Both the position numbers and the translations under genes were made by a program. The notes under the pieces are model-generated. The model was not told the origin of the DNA. It worked only from the letters and a program-made list of their open reading frames with translations, and ran no database searches. From Auanema rhodensis (Eukaryota; Animalia; Nematoda), in contig OZ059899.1 of the NCBI GenBank assembly GCA_964057225.1, positions 3,844,001 through 3,908,000 on the forward strand: DNA of 64,000 nt, in the 5' to 3' direction. Below are positions 1 through 12,300 of this stretch, piece after piece. Every line of letters starts with the position of its first letter. Position 1 is the stretch's first letter.

Positions 1-19
1 TTTGCCTTGAAAAAAGGAA

Positions 20-91
20 TCTAAAAACATCTACTTTTTGCTAAATTATTTTGAAATTTTTCGAAAAAATTTTTGTCAAAATGTTTTTGGA
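20..91. other. Imperfect fold-back in each monomer, containing a 12-bp palindrome
   Basis: TCTAAAAACAT (20-30) is the reverse complement of ATGTTTTTGGA (81-91) with one mismatch. TTTTTCGAAAAA (57-68) is a perfect palindrome. Confidence 0.8.
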
Positions 92-95
92 AGCA

Positions 96-123
96 ATGTT
101 GAGTGTACATGGAAACTCAACAT
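96..123. other. Perfect 9-bp inverted repeat in each monomer (hairpin 1)
   Basis: ATGTTGAGT (96-104) / ACTCAACAT (115-123), 10-nt spacer GTACATGGAA. Confidence 0.92.
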
Positions 124-206
124 ACACTAATGCATCATTTTTCAAACGATCATAACTAATTTTTGTATTAAGCGTTTCTCAATGTAGTATAGTGCATTCG
201 ATGCGG

Positions 207-257
207 ATTTTTAAGCTGCGTCGATCTGTGTTATCAGATTTGCGCTAGCTTAAAAAT
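207..257. other. Long imperfect inverted repeat in each monomer (hairpin 2)
   Basis: ATTTTTAAGCT (207-217) / AGCTTAAAAAT (247-257) is a perfect 11 bp, followed by GCG/CGC and ATCTG (224-228) / CAGAT (235-239), with loop TGTTAT. Confidence 0.92.
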
Positions 258-274
258 GCACCGAGATATCAACT

Positions 275-296
275 GATATAAGTTCACACTTATATC
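275..296. other. Perfect 9-bp inverted repeat in the consensus monomer (hairpin 3)
   Basis: GATATAAGT (275-283) / ACTTATATC (288-296), 4-nt loop TCAC. Confidence 0.92.
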
Positions 297-1438
297 CTCG
301 ATTTTCACCCTGAAGAAATAATTTTTTCGTTGAATAACATTGTCCATCGTCTTTGCCTTGAAAAAAGGAATCTAAAAACATCTACTTTTTGCTAAATTAT
401 TTTGAAATTTTTCGAAAAAATTTTTGTCAAAATGTTTTTGGAAGCAATGTTGAGTGTACATGGAAACTCAACATACACTAATGCATCATTTTTCAAACGA
501 TCATAACTAATTTTTGTATTAAGCGTTTCTCAATGTAGTATAGTGCATTCGATGCGGATTTTCAAGCTGCGTCGATCTGTGTTATCAGATTTGCGCTAGC
601 TTAAAAATGCACCGAGATATCAACTGATATAAGTTTACACTTATATCCTCGATTTTCACCCTGAAGAATTAATTTTTTCGTTAATTAACATTGTCCATCG
701 TCTTTGCCTTGAAAAAAGGAATCTAAAAACATCTACTTTTTGCTAAATTATTTTGAAATTTTTCGAAAAAATTTTTGTCAAAATGTTTTTGGAAGCAATG
801 TTGAGTGTACATGGAAACTCAACATACACTAATGCATCATTTTTCAAACGATCATAACTAATTTTTGTATTAAGCGTTTCTCAATGTAGTATAGTGCATT
901 CGATGCGGATTTTTAAGCTGCGTCGATCTGTGTTATCAGATTTGCGCTAGCTTAAAAATGCACCGAGATATCAACTGATATAAGTTCACAATTATATCCT
1001 CGATTTTCACCCTGAAGAATTAATTTTTTCGTTGAATAACATTGTCCATCGTCTTTGCCTTGAAAAAAGGAATCTAAAAACATCTACTTTTTGCTAAATT
1101 ATTTTGAAATTTTTCGAAAAAATTTTTGTCAAAATGTTTTTGGAAGCAATGTTGAGTGTACATGGAAACTCAACATACACTAATGCATCATTTTTCAAAC
1201 GATCATAACTAATTTTTGTATTAAGCGTTTCTCAATGTAGTATAGTGCATTCGATGCGGATTTTTAACCTACGTCGATCTGTGTTATCAGATTTGCGCTA
1301 GCTTAAAAATGCACCGAGATATCAACTGATATAAGTTCACAATTATATCCTCGATTTTCACCCTGAAGAATTAATTTTTTCGTTGAATAACATTGTCCAT
1401 CGTCTTTGCCTTGAAAAAAGGAATCTAAAAACATCTAC

Positions 1439-4400
1439 TTTTTGCTAAATTATTTTGAAATTTTTCGAAAAAATTTTTGTCAAAATGTTTTTGGAAGCAA
1501 TGTTGAGTGTACATGGAAACTCAACATACACTAATGCATCATTTTTCAAACGATCATAACTAATTTTTGTATTAAGCGTTTCTCAATGTAGTATAGTGCA
1601 TTCGATGCGGATTTTTAACCTACGTCGATCTGTGTTATCAGATTTGCGCTAGCTTAAAAATGCACCGAGATATCAACTGATATAAGTTTACACTTATATC
1701 CTCGATTTTCACCCTGAAGAATTAATTTTTTCGTTGAATTACATTGTCCATCGTCTTTGCCTTGAAAAAAGGAATCTAAAAACATCTACTTTTTGCTAAA
1801 TTATTTTGAAATTTTTCGAAAAAATTTTTGTCAAAATGTTTTTGGAAGCAATGTTGAGTGTACATGGAAACTCAACATACACTAATGCATCATTTTTCAA
1901 ACGATCATAACTAATTTTTGTATTAAGCGTTTCTCAATGTAGTATAGTGCATTCGATGCGGATTTTTAAGCTGCGTCGATCTGTGTTATCAGATTTGCGC
2001 TAGCTTAAAAATGCACCGAGATATCAACTGATATAAGTTCACACTTATATCCTCGATTTTCACCCTGAAGAAATAATTTTTTCGTTGAATAACATTGTCC
2101 ATCGTCTTTGCCTTGAAAAAAGGAATCTAAAAACATCTACTTTTTGCTAAATTATTTTGAAATTTTTCGAAAAAATTTTTGTCAAAATGTTTTTGGAAGC
2201 AATGTTGAGTGTACATGGAAACTCAACATACACTAATGCATCATTTTTCAAACGATCATAACTAATTTTTGTATTAAGCGTTCTTCCATGTAGTATAGTG
2301 CATTCGATGCGGATTTTTAAGCTGCGTCGATCTGTGTTATCAGATTTGCGCTAGCTTAAAAATGTACCGAGATATCAACTGGTATAAGTTCACACTTATA
2401 TCCTCGATTTTCACCCTGAAGAATTAATTTTTTCGTTGAATAACATTGTCCATCGTCTTTGCCTTGAAAAAAGGAATCTAAAAACATCTACTTTTTGCTA
2501 AATTATTTTGAAATTTTTCGAAAAAATTTTTGTCAAAATGTTTTTGGAAGCAATGTTGAGTGTACATGGAAACTCAACATACACTAATGCATCATTTTTC
2601 AAACGATCATAACTAATTTTTGTATTAAGCGTTTCTCAATGTAGTATAGTGCATTCGATGCGGATTTTTAAGCTGCGTCGATCTGTGTTATCAGATTTGC
2701 GCTAGCTTAAAAATGCACCGAGATATCAACTGATATAAGTTTACACTTATATCTTCGATTTTCACCCTGAAGAATTAATTTTTTCGTTGAATAACATTGT
2801 CCATCGTCTTTGCCTTGAAAAAAGGAATCTTAAAACATCTACTTTTTGCTAAATTATTCTGAAATTTTTCGAAAAAATTTTTGTCAAAATGTTTTTGGAA
2901 GCAATGTTGAGTGTACATGGAAACTCAACATACACTAATGCATCATTTTTCAAACGATCATAACTAATTTTTGTATTAAGCGTTTCTCAATGTAGTATGG
3001 TGCATTCGATGCGGATTTTTAAGCTGCGTCGATCTGTGTTATCAGATTTGCGCTAGCTTAAAAATGCACCGAGATATCAACTGATATAAGTTCACACTTA
3101 TATCCTCGATTTTCACCCTGAAGAAATAATTTTTTCGTTGAATAACATTGTTCATCGTCTTTGCCTTGAAAAAAGGAATCTAAAAACATCTACTTTTTGC
3201 TAAATTATTTTGAAATTTTTCGAAAAAATTTTTGTCAAAATGTTTTTGGAAGCAATGTTGAGTGTACATGGAAACTCAACATACACTAATGCATAATTTT
3301 CAAACGATCATAACTAATTTTTGTATTAAGCGTTTCTCAATGTAGTATAGTGCATTCGATGCGGATTTTTAAGCTGCGTTGATCTGTGTTATCAGATTTG
3401 CGCTAGCTTAAAAATGCACCGATATATCAACTGATATAAGTTCACACTTATATCCTCGATTTTCACCCTGAAGAAATAATTTTTTCGTTGAATAACATTG
3501 TCCATCGTCTTCGCCTTGAAAAAAGGAATCTAAAAACATCTACTTTTTGCTAAATTATTTTGAAATTTTTCGAAAAAATTTTTGTCAAAATGTTTTTGGA
3601 AGCAATGTTGAGTGTACATGGAAACTCAACATACACTAATGCATCATTTTTCAAACGATCATAACTAATTTTTGTATTAAGCGTTTCTCAATGTAGTATA
3701 GTGCATTCGATGCGGATTTTTAAGCTGCGTCGATCTGTGTTATCAGATTTGCGCTAGCTTAAAAATGCACCGAGATATCAACTGATATAAGTTTACACTT
3801 ATATCCTCGATTTTCACCCTAAAGAATTAATTTTTTCGTTAAATAACATTGTCCATCGTCTTTGCCTTGAAAAAAGGAATCTAAAAACATCTATTTTTTG
3901 CTAAATTATTTTGAAATTTTTCGAAAAAATTTTTGTCAAAATGTTTTTGGAAGCAATGTTGAGTGTACATGGAAACTCAACATACACTAATGCATCATTT
4001 TTCAAACGATCATAACTAATTTTTGTATTAAGCGTTTCTCAATGTAGTATAGTGCATTCGATGCGGATTTTTAACCTACGTCGATCTGTGTTATCAGATT
4101 TGCGCTAGCTTAAAAATGCACCGAGATATCAACTGATATAAGTTTACACTTATATCCTCGATTTTCACCCTGAAGAATTAATTTTTTCGTTGAATTACAT
4201 TGTCCATCGTCTTTGCCTTGAAAAAAGGAATCTAAAAACATCTACTTTTTGCTAAATTATTTTGAAATTTTTCGAAAAAATTTTTGTCAAAATGTTTTTG
4301 GAAGCAATGTTGAGTGTACATGGAAACTCAACATACACTAATGCATCATTTTTCAAACGATCATAACTAATTTTTGTATTAAGCGTTTCTCAATGTAGTA

Positions 4401-6350
4401 TAGTGCATTCGATGCGGATTTTTAAGCTGCGTCGATCTGTGTTATCAGATTTGCGCTAGCTTAAAAATGCACCGAGATATCAACTGATATAAGTTCACAC
4501 TTATATCCTCGATTTTCACCCTGAAGAAATAATTTTTTCGTTGAATAACATTGTCCATCGTCTTTGCCTTGAAAAAAGGAATCTAAAAACATCTACTTTT
4601 TGCTAAATTATTTTGAAATTTTTCGAAAAAATTTTTGTCAAAATGTTTTTGGAAGCAATGTTGAGTGTACATGGAAACTCAACATACACTAATGCATCAT
4701 TTTTCAAACGATCATAACTAATTTTTGTATTAAGCGTTCTTCCATGTAGTATAGTGCATTCGATGCGGATTTTTAAGCTGCGTCGATCTGTGTTATCAGA
4801 TTTGCGCTAGCTTAAAAATGTACCGAGATATCAACTGGTATAAGTTCACACTTATATCCTCGATTTTCACCCTGAAGAATTAATTTTTTCGTTGAATAAC
4901 ATTGTCCATCGTCTTTGCCTTGAAAAAAGGAATCTAAAAACATCTACTTTTTGCTAAATTATTTTGAAATTTTTCGAAAAAATTTTTGTCAAAATGTTTT
5001 TGGAAGCAATGTTGAGTGTACATGGAAACTCAACATACACTAATGCATCATTTTTCAAACGATCATAACTAATTTTTGTATTAAGCGTTTCTCAATGTAG
5101 TATAGTGCATTCGATGCGGATTTTTAAGCTGCGTCGATCTGTGTTATCAGATTTGCGCTAGCTTAAAAATGCACCGAGATATCAACTGATATAAGTTTAC
5201 ACTTATATCTTCGATTTTCACCCTGAAGAATTAATTTTTTCGTTGAATAACATTGTCCATCGTCTTTGCCTTGAAAAAAGGAATCTTAAAACATCTACTT
5301 TTTGCTAAATTATTCTGAAATTTTTCGAAAAAATTTTTGTCAAAATGTTTTTGGAAGCAATGTTGAGTGTACATGGAAACTCAACATACACTAATGCATC
5401 ATTTTTCAAACGATCATAACTAATTTTTGTATTAAGCGTTTCTCAATGTAGTATGGTGCATTCGATGCGGATTTTTAAGCTGCGTCGATCTGTGTTATCA
5501 GATTTGCGCTAGCTTAAAAATGCACCGAGATATCAACTGATATAAGTTCACACTTATATCCTCGATTTTCACCCTGAAGAAATAATTTTTTCGTTGAATA
5601 ACATTGTTCATCGTCTTTGCCTTGAAAAAAGGAATCTAAAAACATCTACTTTTTGCTAAATTATTTTGAAATTTTTCGAAAAAATTTTTGTCAAAATGTT
5701 TTTGGAAGCAATGTTGAGTGTACATGGAAACTCAACATACACTAATGCATAATTTTCAAACGATCATAACTAATTTTTGTATTAAGCGTTTCTCAATGTA
5801 GTATAGTGCATTCGATGCGGATTTTTAAGCTGCGTTGATCTGTGTTATCAGATTTGCGCTAGCTTAAAAATGCACCGATATATCAACTGATATAAGTTCA
5901 CACTTATATCCTCGATTTTCACCCTGAAGAAATAATTTTTTCGTTGAATAACATTGTCCATCGTCTTCGCCTTGAAAAAAGGAATCTAAAAACATCTACT
6001 TTTTGCTAAATTATTTTGAAATTTTTCGAAAAAATTTTTGTCAAAATGTTTTTGGAAGCAATGTTGAGTGTACATGGAAACTCAACATACACTAATGCAT
6101 CATTTTTCAAACGATCATAACTAATTTTTGTATTAAGCGTTTCTCAATGTAGTATAGTGCATTCGATGCGGATTTTTAAGCTGCGTCGATCTGTGTTATC
6201 AGATTTGCGCTAGCTTAAAAATGCACCGAGATATCAACTGATATAAGTTTACACTTATATCCTCGATTTTCACCCTAAAGAATTAATTTTTTCGTTAAAT
6301 AACATTGTCCATCGTCTTTGCCTTGAAAAAAAGAATCTAAAAACATCTAT
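1439..6350. repeat. Tandem duplication of a 7-monomer (2456-bp) unit
   Basis: Rare variants recur exactly 2456 bp apart: 1619/4075, 1740/4196, 2831/5287, 2999/5455, 3152/5608, 3821/6277 and 3894/6350. Confidence 0.93.
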
Positions 6351-9300
6351 TTTTTGCTAAATTATTTTGAAATTTTTCGAAAAAATTTTTGTCAAAATGT
6401 TTTTGGAAGCAATGTTGAGTGTACATGGAAACTCAACATACACTAATGCATAATTTTCAAACGATCATAACTAATTTTTGTATTAAGCGTTTCTCAATGT
6501 AGTATAGTGCATTCGATGCGGATTTTTAAGCTGCGTTGATCTGTGTTATCAGATTTGCGCTAGCTTAAAAATGCACCGATATATCAACTGATATAAGTTC
6601 ACACTTATATCCTCGATTTTCACCCTGAAGAAATAATTTTTTCGTTGAATAACATTGTCCATCGTCTTCGCCTTGAAAAAAGGAATCTAAAAACATCTAC
6701 TTTTTGCTAAATTATTTTGAAATTTTTCGAAAAAATTTTTGTCGAAATGTTTTTGGAAGCAATGTTGAGTGTACATGGAAACTCAACATACACTAATGCA
6801 TCATTTTTCAAACGATCATAACTAATTTTTGTATTAAGCGTTCTTCCATGTAGTATAGTGCATTCGATGAGGATTTTTAAGCTGCGTCGATCTGTGTTAT
6901 CAGATTTGCGCTAGCTTAAAAATGTACCGAGATATCAACTGATATAAGTTTAAACTTATATCCTCGATTTTCACCCTGAAGAATTAATTTTTTCGTTAAA
7001 TAACATTGTCCATCGTCTTTGCCTTGAAAAAAGGAATCAAAAAACATCTACTTTTTGCCAAATTATTTTGAAATTTTTCGAAAAAATTTTTGTCAAAATG
7101 TTTTTGGAAGCAATGTTGAGTGTACATGGAAACTCAACATACACTAATGCATCATTTTTCAAACGATCATAACTAATTTTTGTATTAAACGTTTCTCAAT
7201 GTAGTATAGTGCATTCGATGCGGATTTTTAAGCTGCGTCGATCTGTGTTATCAGATTTGCGCTAGCTTAAAAATGTACCGAGATATCAACTGATATAAGT
7301 TTACACTTATATCCTCGATTTTCACCCTGAAGAATTAATTTTTTCGTTAAATAACATTGTCCATCGTCTTTGCCTTGAAAAAAGGAATCTAAAAACATCT
7401 ACTTTTTGCTAAATTATTCCGAAAATTTTCGAAAAAATTTTTGTCAAAATGTTTTTGGAAGCAATGTTGAGTGTACATGGAAACTCAACATACACTAATG
7501 CATCATTTTTCAAACGATCATAACTAATTTTTGTATTAAGCGTTTCTCAATGTAGTATAGTGCATTCGATGCGGATTTTTAAGCTGCGTCGATCTGTGTT
7601 ATCAGATTTGCGCTAGCTTAAAAATGCACCGAGATATCAACTGATATAAGTTCACACTTATATCCTCGATTTTCACCCTGAAGAAATAAATTTTTCGTTG
7701 AATAACATTGTCCATCGTCTTTGCCTTGAAAAAAGGAATCTAAAAACATCTACTTTTTGCTAAATTATTTTGAAATTTTTCGAAAAAATTTTTGTCAAAA
7801 TGTTTTTGGAAGCAATGTTGAGTGTACATGGAAACTCAACATACACTAATGCATCATTTTTCAAACGATCATAACTAATTTTTGTATTAAGCGTTCTTCC
7901 ATGTAGTATAGTGCATTCGATGCGGATTTTTAAGCTGCGTCGATCTGTGTTATCAGATTTGCGCTAGCTTAAAAATGTACCGAGATATCAACTGATATAA
8001 GTTCACACTTATATCCTCGATTTTCACCCTGAAGAATTAATTTTTTCGTTGAATAACATTGTCCATCGTCTTTGCCTTGAAAAAAGGAATCTAAAAACAT
8101 CTACTTTTTGCTAAATTATTTTGAAATTTTTCGAAAAAATTTTTGTCAAAATGTTTTTGGAAGCAATGTTGAGTGTACATGGAAACTCAACATACACTAA
8201 TGCATCATTTTTCAAACGATCATAACTAATTTTTGTATTAAGCGTTTCTCAATGTAGTATAGTGCATTCGATGCGGATTTTTAAGCTGCGTCGATCTGTG
8301 TTATCAGATTTGCGCTAGCTTAAAAATGCAACGATATATCAACTGATATAAGTTCACACTTATATCCTCGATTTTCACCCTGAAAAATTAATTTTTTCGT
8401 TAAATAACATTGTCCATCGTCTTTGCCTTGAAAAAAGGAATCTAAAAACATCTACTTTTTGCTAAATTATTTTGAAATTTTTCGAAAAAATTTTTGTCAA
8501 AATGTTTTTGGAAGCAATGTTGAGTGTACATGGAAACTCAACATACACTAATGCATCATTTTTCAAACGATCATAACTAATTTTTGTATTAAGCGTTTCT
8601 CAATGTAGTATAGTGCATTCGATGCGGATTTTTAAGCTGCGTTGAGCTGTGTTATCAGATTTGCGCTAGCTTAAAAATGCACCGATATATCAACTGATAT
8701 AAGTTCACACTTATATCCTCGATTTTCACCCTGAAGAAATAATTTTTTCGTTGAATAACATTGTCCATCGTCTTCGCCTTGAAAAAAGGAATCTAAAAAC
8801 ATCTACTTTTTGCTAAATTATTTTGAAATTTTTCGAAAAAATTTTTGTCAAAATGTTTTTGGAAGCAATGTTGAGTGTACATGGAAACTCAACATACACT
8901 AATGCATCATTTTTCAAACGATCATAACTAATTTTTGTATTAAGCGTTCTTCCATGTAGTATAGTGCATTCGATGAGGATTTTTAAGCTGCGTCGATCTG
9001 TGTTATCAGATTTGCGCTAGCTTAAAAATGTACCGAGATATCAACTGATATAAGTTCACACTTATATCCTCGATTTTCACCCTGAAGAATTAATTTTTTC
9101 GTTGAATAACATTGTCCATCGTCTTTGCCTTGAAAAAAGGAATCTAAAAACATCTACTTTTTGCTAAATTATTTTGAAATTTTTCGAAAAAATTTTTGTC
9201 AAAATGTTTTTGGAAGCAATGTTGAGTGTACATGGAAACTCAACATACACTAATGCATCATTTTTCAAACGATCATAACTAATTTTTGTATTAAGCGTTC

Positions 9301-12300
9301 TTCCATGTAGTATAGTGCATTCGATGCGGATTTTTAAGCTGCGTCGATCTGTGTTATCAGATTTGCGCTAGCTTAAAAATGTACCGAGATATCAACTGAT
9401 ATAAGTTCACACTTATATCCTCGATTTTCACCCTGAAGAATTAATTTTTTCGTTGAATAACATTGTCCATCGTCTTTGCCTTGAAAAAAGGAATCTAGAA
9501 ACATCTACTTTTTGCTAAATTATTTTGAAATTTTTCGAAAAAATTTTTGTCAAAATGTTTTTGGAAGCAATGTTGAGTGTACATGGAAACTCAACATACA
9601 CTAATGCATCATTTTTCAAACGATCATAACTAATTTTTGTATTAAGCGTTCTTCCATGTAGTATAGTGCATTCGATGCGGATTTTTAAGCTGCGTCGATC
9701 TGTGTTATCAGATTTGCGCTAGCTTAAAAATGTACCGAGATATCAACTGATATAAGTTCACACTTATATCCTCGATTTTCACCCTGAAGAATTAATTTTT
9801 TCGTTGAATAACATTGTCCATCGTCTTTGCCTTGAAAAAAGGAATCTAAAAACATCTACTTTTTGCTAAATTATTTTGAAATTTTTCGAAAAAATTTTTG
9901 TCAAAATGTTTTTGGAAGCAATGTTGAGTGTACATGGAAACTCAACATACACTAATGCATCATTTTTCAAACGATCATAACTAATTTTTGTATTAAGCGT
10001 TTCTCAATGTAGTATAGTGCATTCGATGCGGATTTTTAAGCTGCGTCGATCTGTGTTATCAGATTTGCGCTAGCTTAAAAATGCAACGATATATCAACTG
10101 ATATAAGTTCACACTTATATCCTCGATTTTCACCCTGAAAAATTAATTTTTTCGTTAAATAACATTGTCCATCGTCTTTGCCTTGAAAAAAGGAATCTAA
10201 AAACATCTACTTTTTGCTAAATTATTTTGAAATTTTTCGAAAAAATTTTTGTCAAAATGTTTTTGGAAGCAATGTTGAGTGTACATGGAAACTCAACATA
10301 CACTAATGCATCATTTTTCAAACGATCATAACTAATTTTTGTATTAAGCGTTCTTCCATGTAGTATAGTGCATTCGATGCGGATTTTTAAGCTGCGTCGA
10401 TCTGTGTTATCAGATTTGCGCTAGCTTAAAAATGCACCGAGATATCAACTGATATAAGTTTACACTTATATCCTCGATTTTCACCCTGAAGAAATAATTT
10501 TTTCGTTGAATAACATTGTCCATCGTCTTTGCCTTGAAAAAAGGAATCTAAAAACATCTACTTTTTGCTAAATTATTTTGAAATTTTTCGAAAAAATTTT
10601 TGTCAAAATGTTTTTGGAAGCAATGTTGAGTGTACATGGAAACTCAACATACACTAATGCATCATTTTTCAAACGATCATAACTAATTTTTGTATTAAGC
10701 GTTTCTCAATGTAGTATAGTGCATTCGATGCGGATTTTTAAGCTGCGTCGATCTGTGTTATCAGATTTGCGCTAGCTTAAAAATGTACCGAGATATCAAC
10801 TGATATAAGTTCACACTTATATCCTCGATTTTCACCCTGAAGAATTAATTTTTTCGTTGAATAACATTGTCCATCGTCTTTGCCTTGAAAAAAGGAATCT
10901 AAAAACATCTACTTTTTGCTAAATTATTTTGAAATTTTTCGAAAAAATTTTTGTCAAAATGTTTTTGGAAGCAATGTTGAGTGTACATGGAAACTCAACA
11001 TACACTAATGCATCATTTTTCAAACGATCATAACTAATTTTTGTATTAAGCGTTTCTCAATGTAGTATAGTGCATTCGATGCGGATTTTTAAGCTGCGTC
11101 GATCTGTGTTATCAGATTTGCGCTAGCTTAAAAATGCAACGATATATCAACTGATATAAGTTCACACTTATATCCTCGATTTTCACCCTGAAAAATTAAT
11201 TTTTTCGTTAAATAACATTGTCCATCGTCTTTGCCTTGAAAAAAGGAATCTAAAAACATCTACTTTTTGCTAAATTATTTTGAAATTTTTCGAAAAAATT
11301 TTTGTCAAAATGTTTTTGGAAGCAATGTTGAGTGTACATGGAAACTCAACATACACTAATGCATCATTTTTCAAACGATCATAACTAATTTTTGTATTAA
11401 GCGTTTCTCAATGTAGTATAGTGCATTCGATGCGGATTTTTAAGCTGCGTTGATCTGTGTTATCAGATTTGCGCTAGCTTAAAAATGCACCGATATATCA
11501 ACTGATATAAGTTCACACTTATATCCTCGATTTTCACCCTGAAGAAATAATTTTTTCGTTGAATAACATTGTCCATCGTCTTCGCCTTGAAAAAAGGAAT
11601 CTAAAAACATCTACTTTTTGCTAAATTATTTTGAAATTTTTCGAAAAAATTTTTGTCAAAATGTTTTTGGAAGCAATGTTGAGTGTACATGGAAACTCAA
11701 CATACACTAATGCATCATTTTTCAAACGATCATAACTAATTTTTGTATTAAGCGTTTCTCAATGTAGTATAGTGCATTCGATGCGGATTTTTAAGCTGCG
11801 TCGATCAGTGTTATCAGATTTGCGCTAGCTTAAAAATGCAACGATATATCAACTGATATAAGTTCACACTTATATCCTCGATTTTCACCCTGAAGAATTA
11901 ATTTTTTCGTTGAATAACATTGTCCATCGTCTTTGCCTTGAAAAAAGGAATCTAAAAACATCTACTTTTTGCTAAATTATTTTGAAATTTTTGAAAAAAT
12001 TTTTGTCAAAATGTTTTTGGAAGCAATGTTGAGTGTACATGGAAACTCAACATACACTAATGCATCATTTTTCAAACGATCATAACTAATTTTTGTATTA
12101 AGCGTTTCTCAATGTAGTATAGTGCATTCGATGCGGATTTTCAAGCTGCGTCGATCTGTGTTATCAGATTTGCGCTAGCTTCAAAATGCACCGAGATATC
12201 AACTGATATAAGTTCACACATATATACCCGATTTTCACCCTGAAGAATTAATTTTTTCGTTGAATAACATTGTCCATCGTCTTTGCCTTGAAAAATGAAA

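Larger units (their letters stand above)
1..351. repeat. Representative satellite monomer (arbitrary phase)
   Basis: 110/351 G+C by hand count, many A4-6/T4-6 tracts, 12 CpG, one GATATC (265-270), one GCTAGC (244-249) and one TGTACA (104-109). Confidence 0.98.
1..11930. repeat. Satellite variant domain A
   Basis: No copy has the GAAAAATG allele. Alleles confined to this region include GAAGAAATA, AATGTACCG, GTTCTTCCATG, GCAACGATAT, CTGAAAAATT and AACCTACG. Confidence 0.85.

Noticed and set aside
207-310. Rho-independent terminators or bacterial regulatory sites
   Set aside because: The stems are AT-rich, no genes are present, and the context is a eukaryote-type satellite array.
197-341. CENP-B box-like strings TTCGATGCGGA (197-207) and TTTCGTTGAATAAC (325-338)
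   Set aside because: Neither fits the TTCG-N4-A-N2-CGGG core. The first has the wrong spacing and the second lacks CGGG.
1-351. Tandem 5S rRNA, tRNA, snRNA or spliced-leader gene unit
   Set aside because: I recognise no conserved motifs or cloverleaf, and the sequence is AT-rich with many internal T-runs. An Rfam/Infernal scan would be the decisive check.
1-351. Internal dimer of two roughly 175-bp subunits
   Set aside because: No convincing similarity between the halves by eye beyond short A/T tracts. A self-alignment would be needed.
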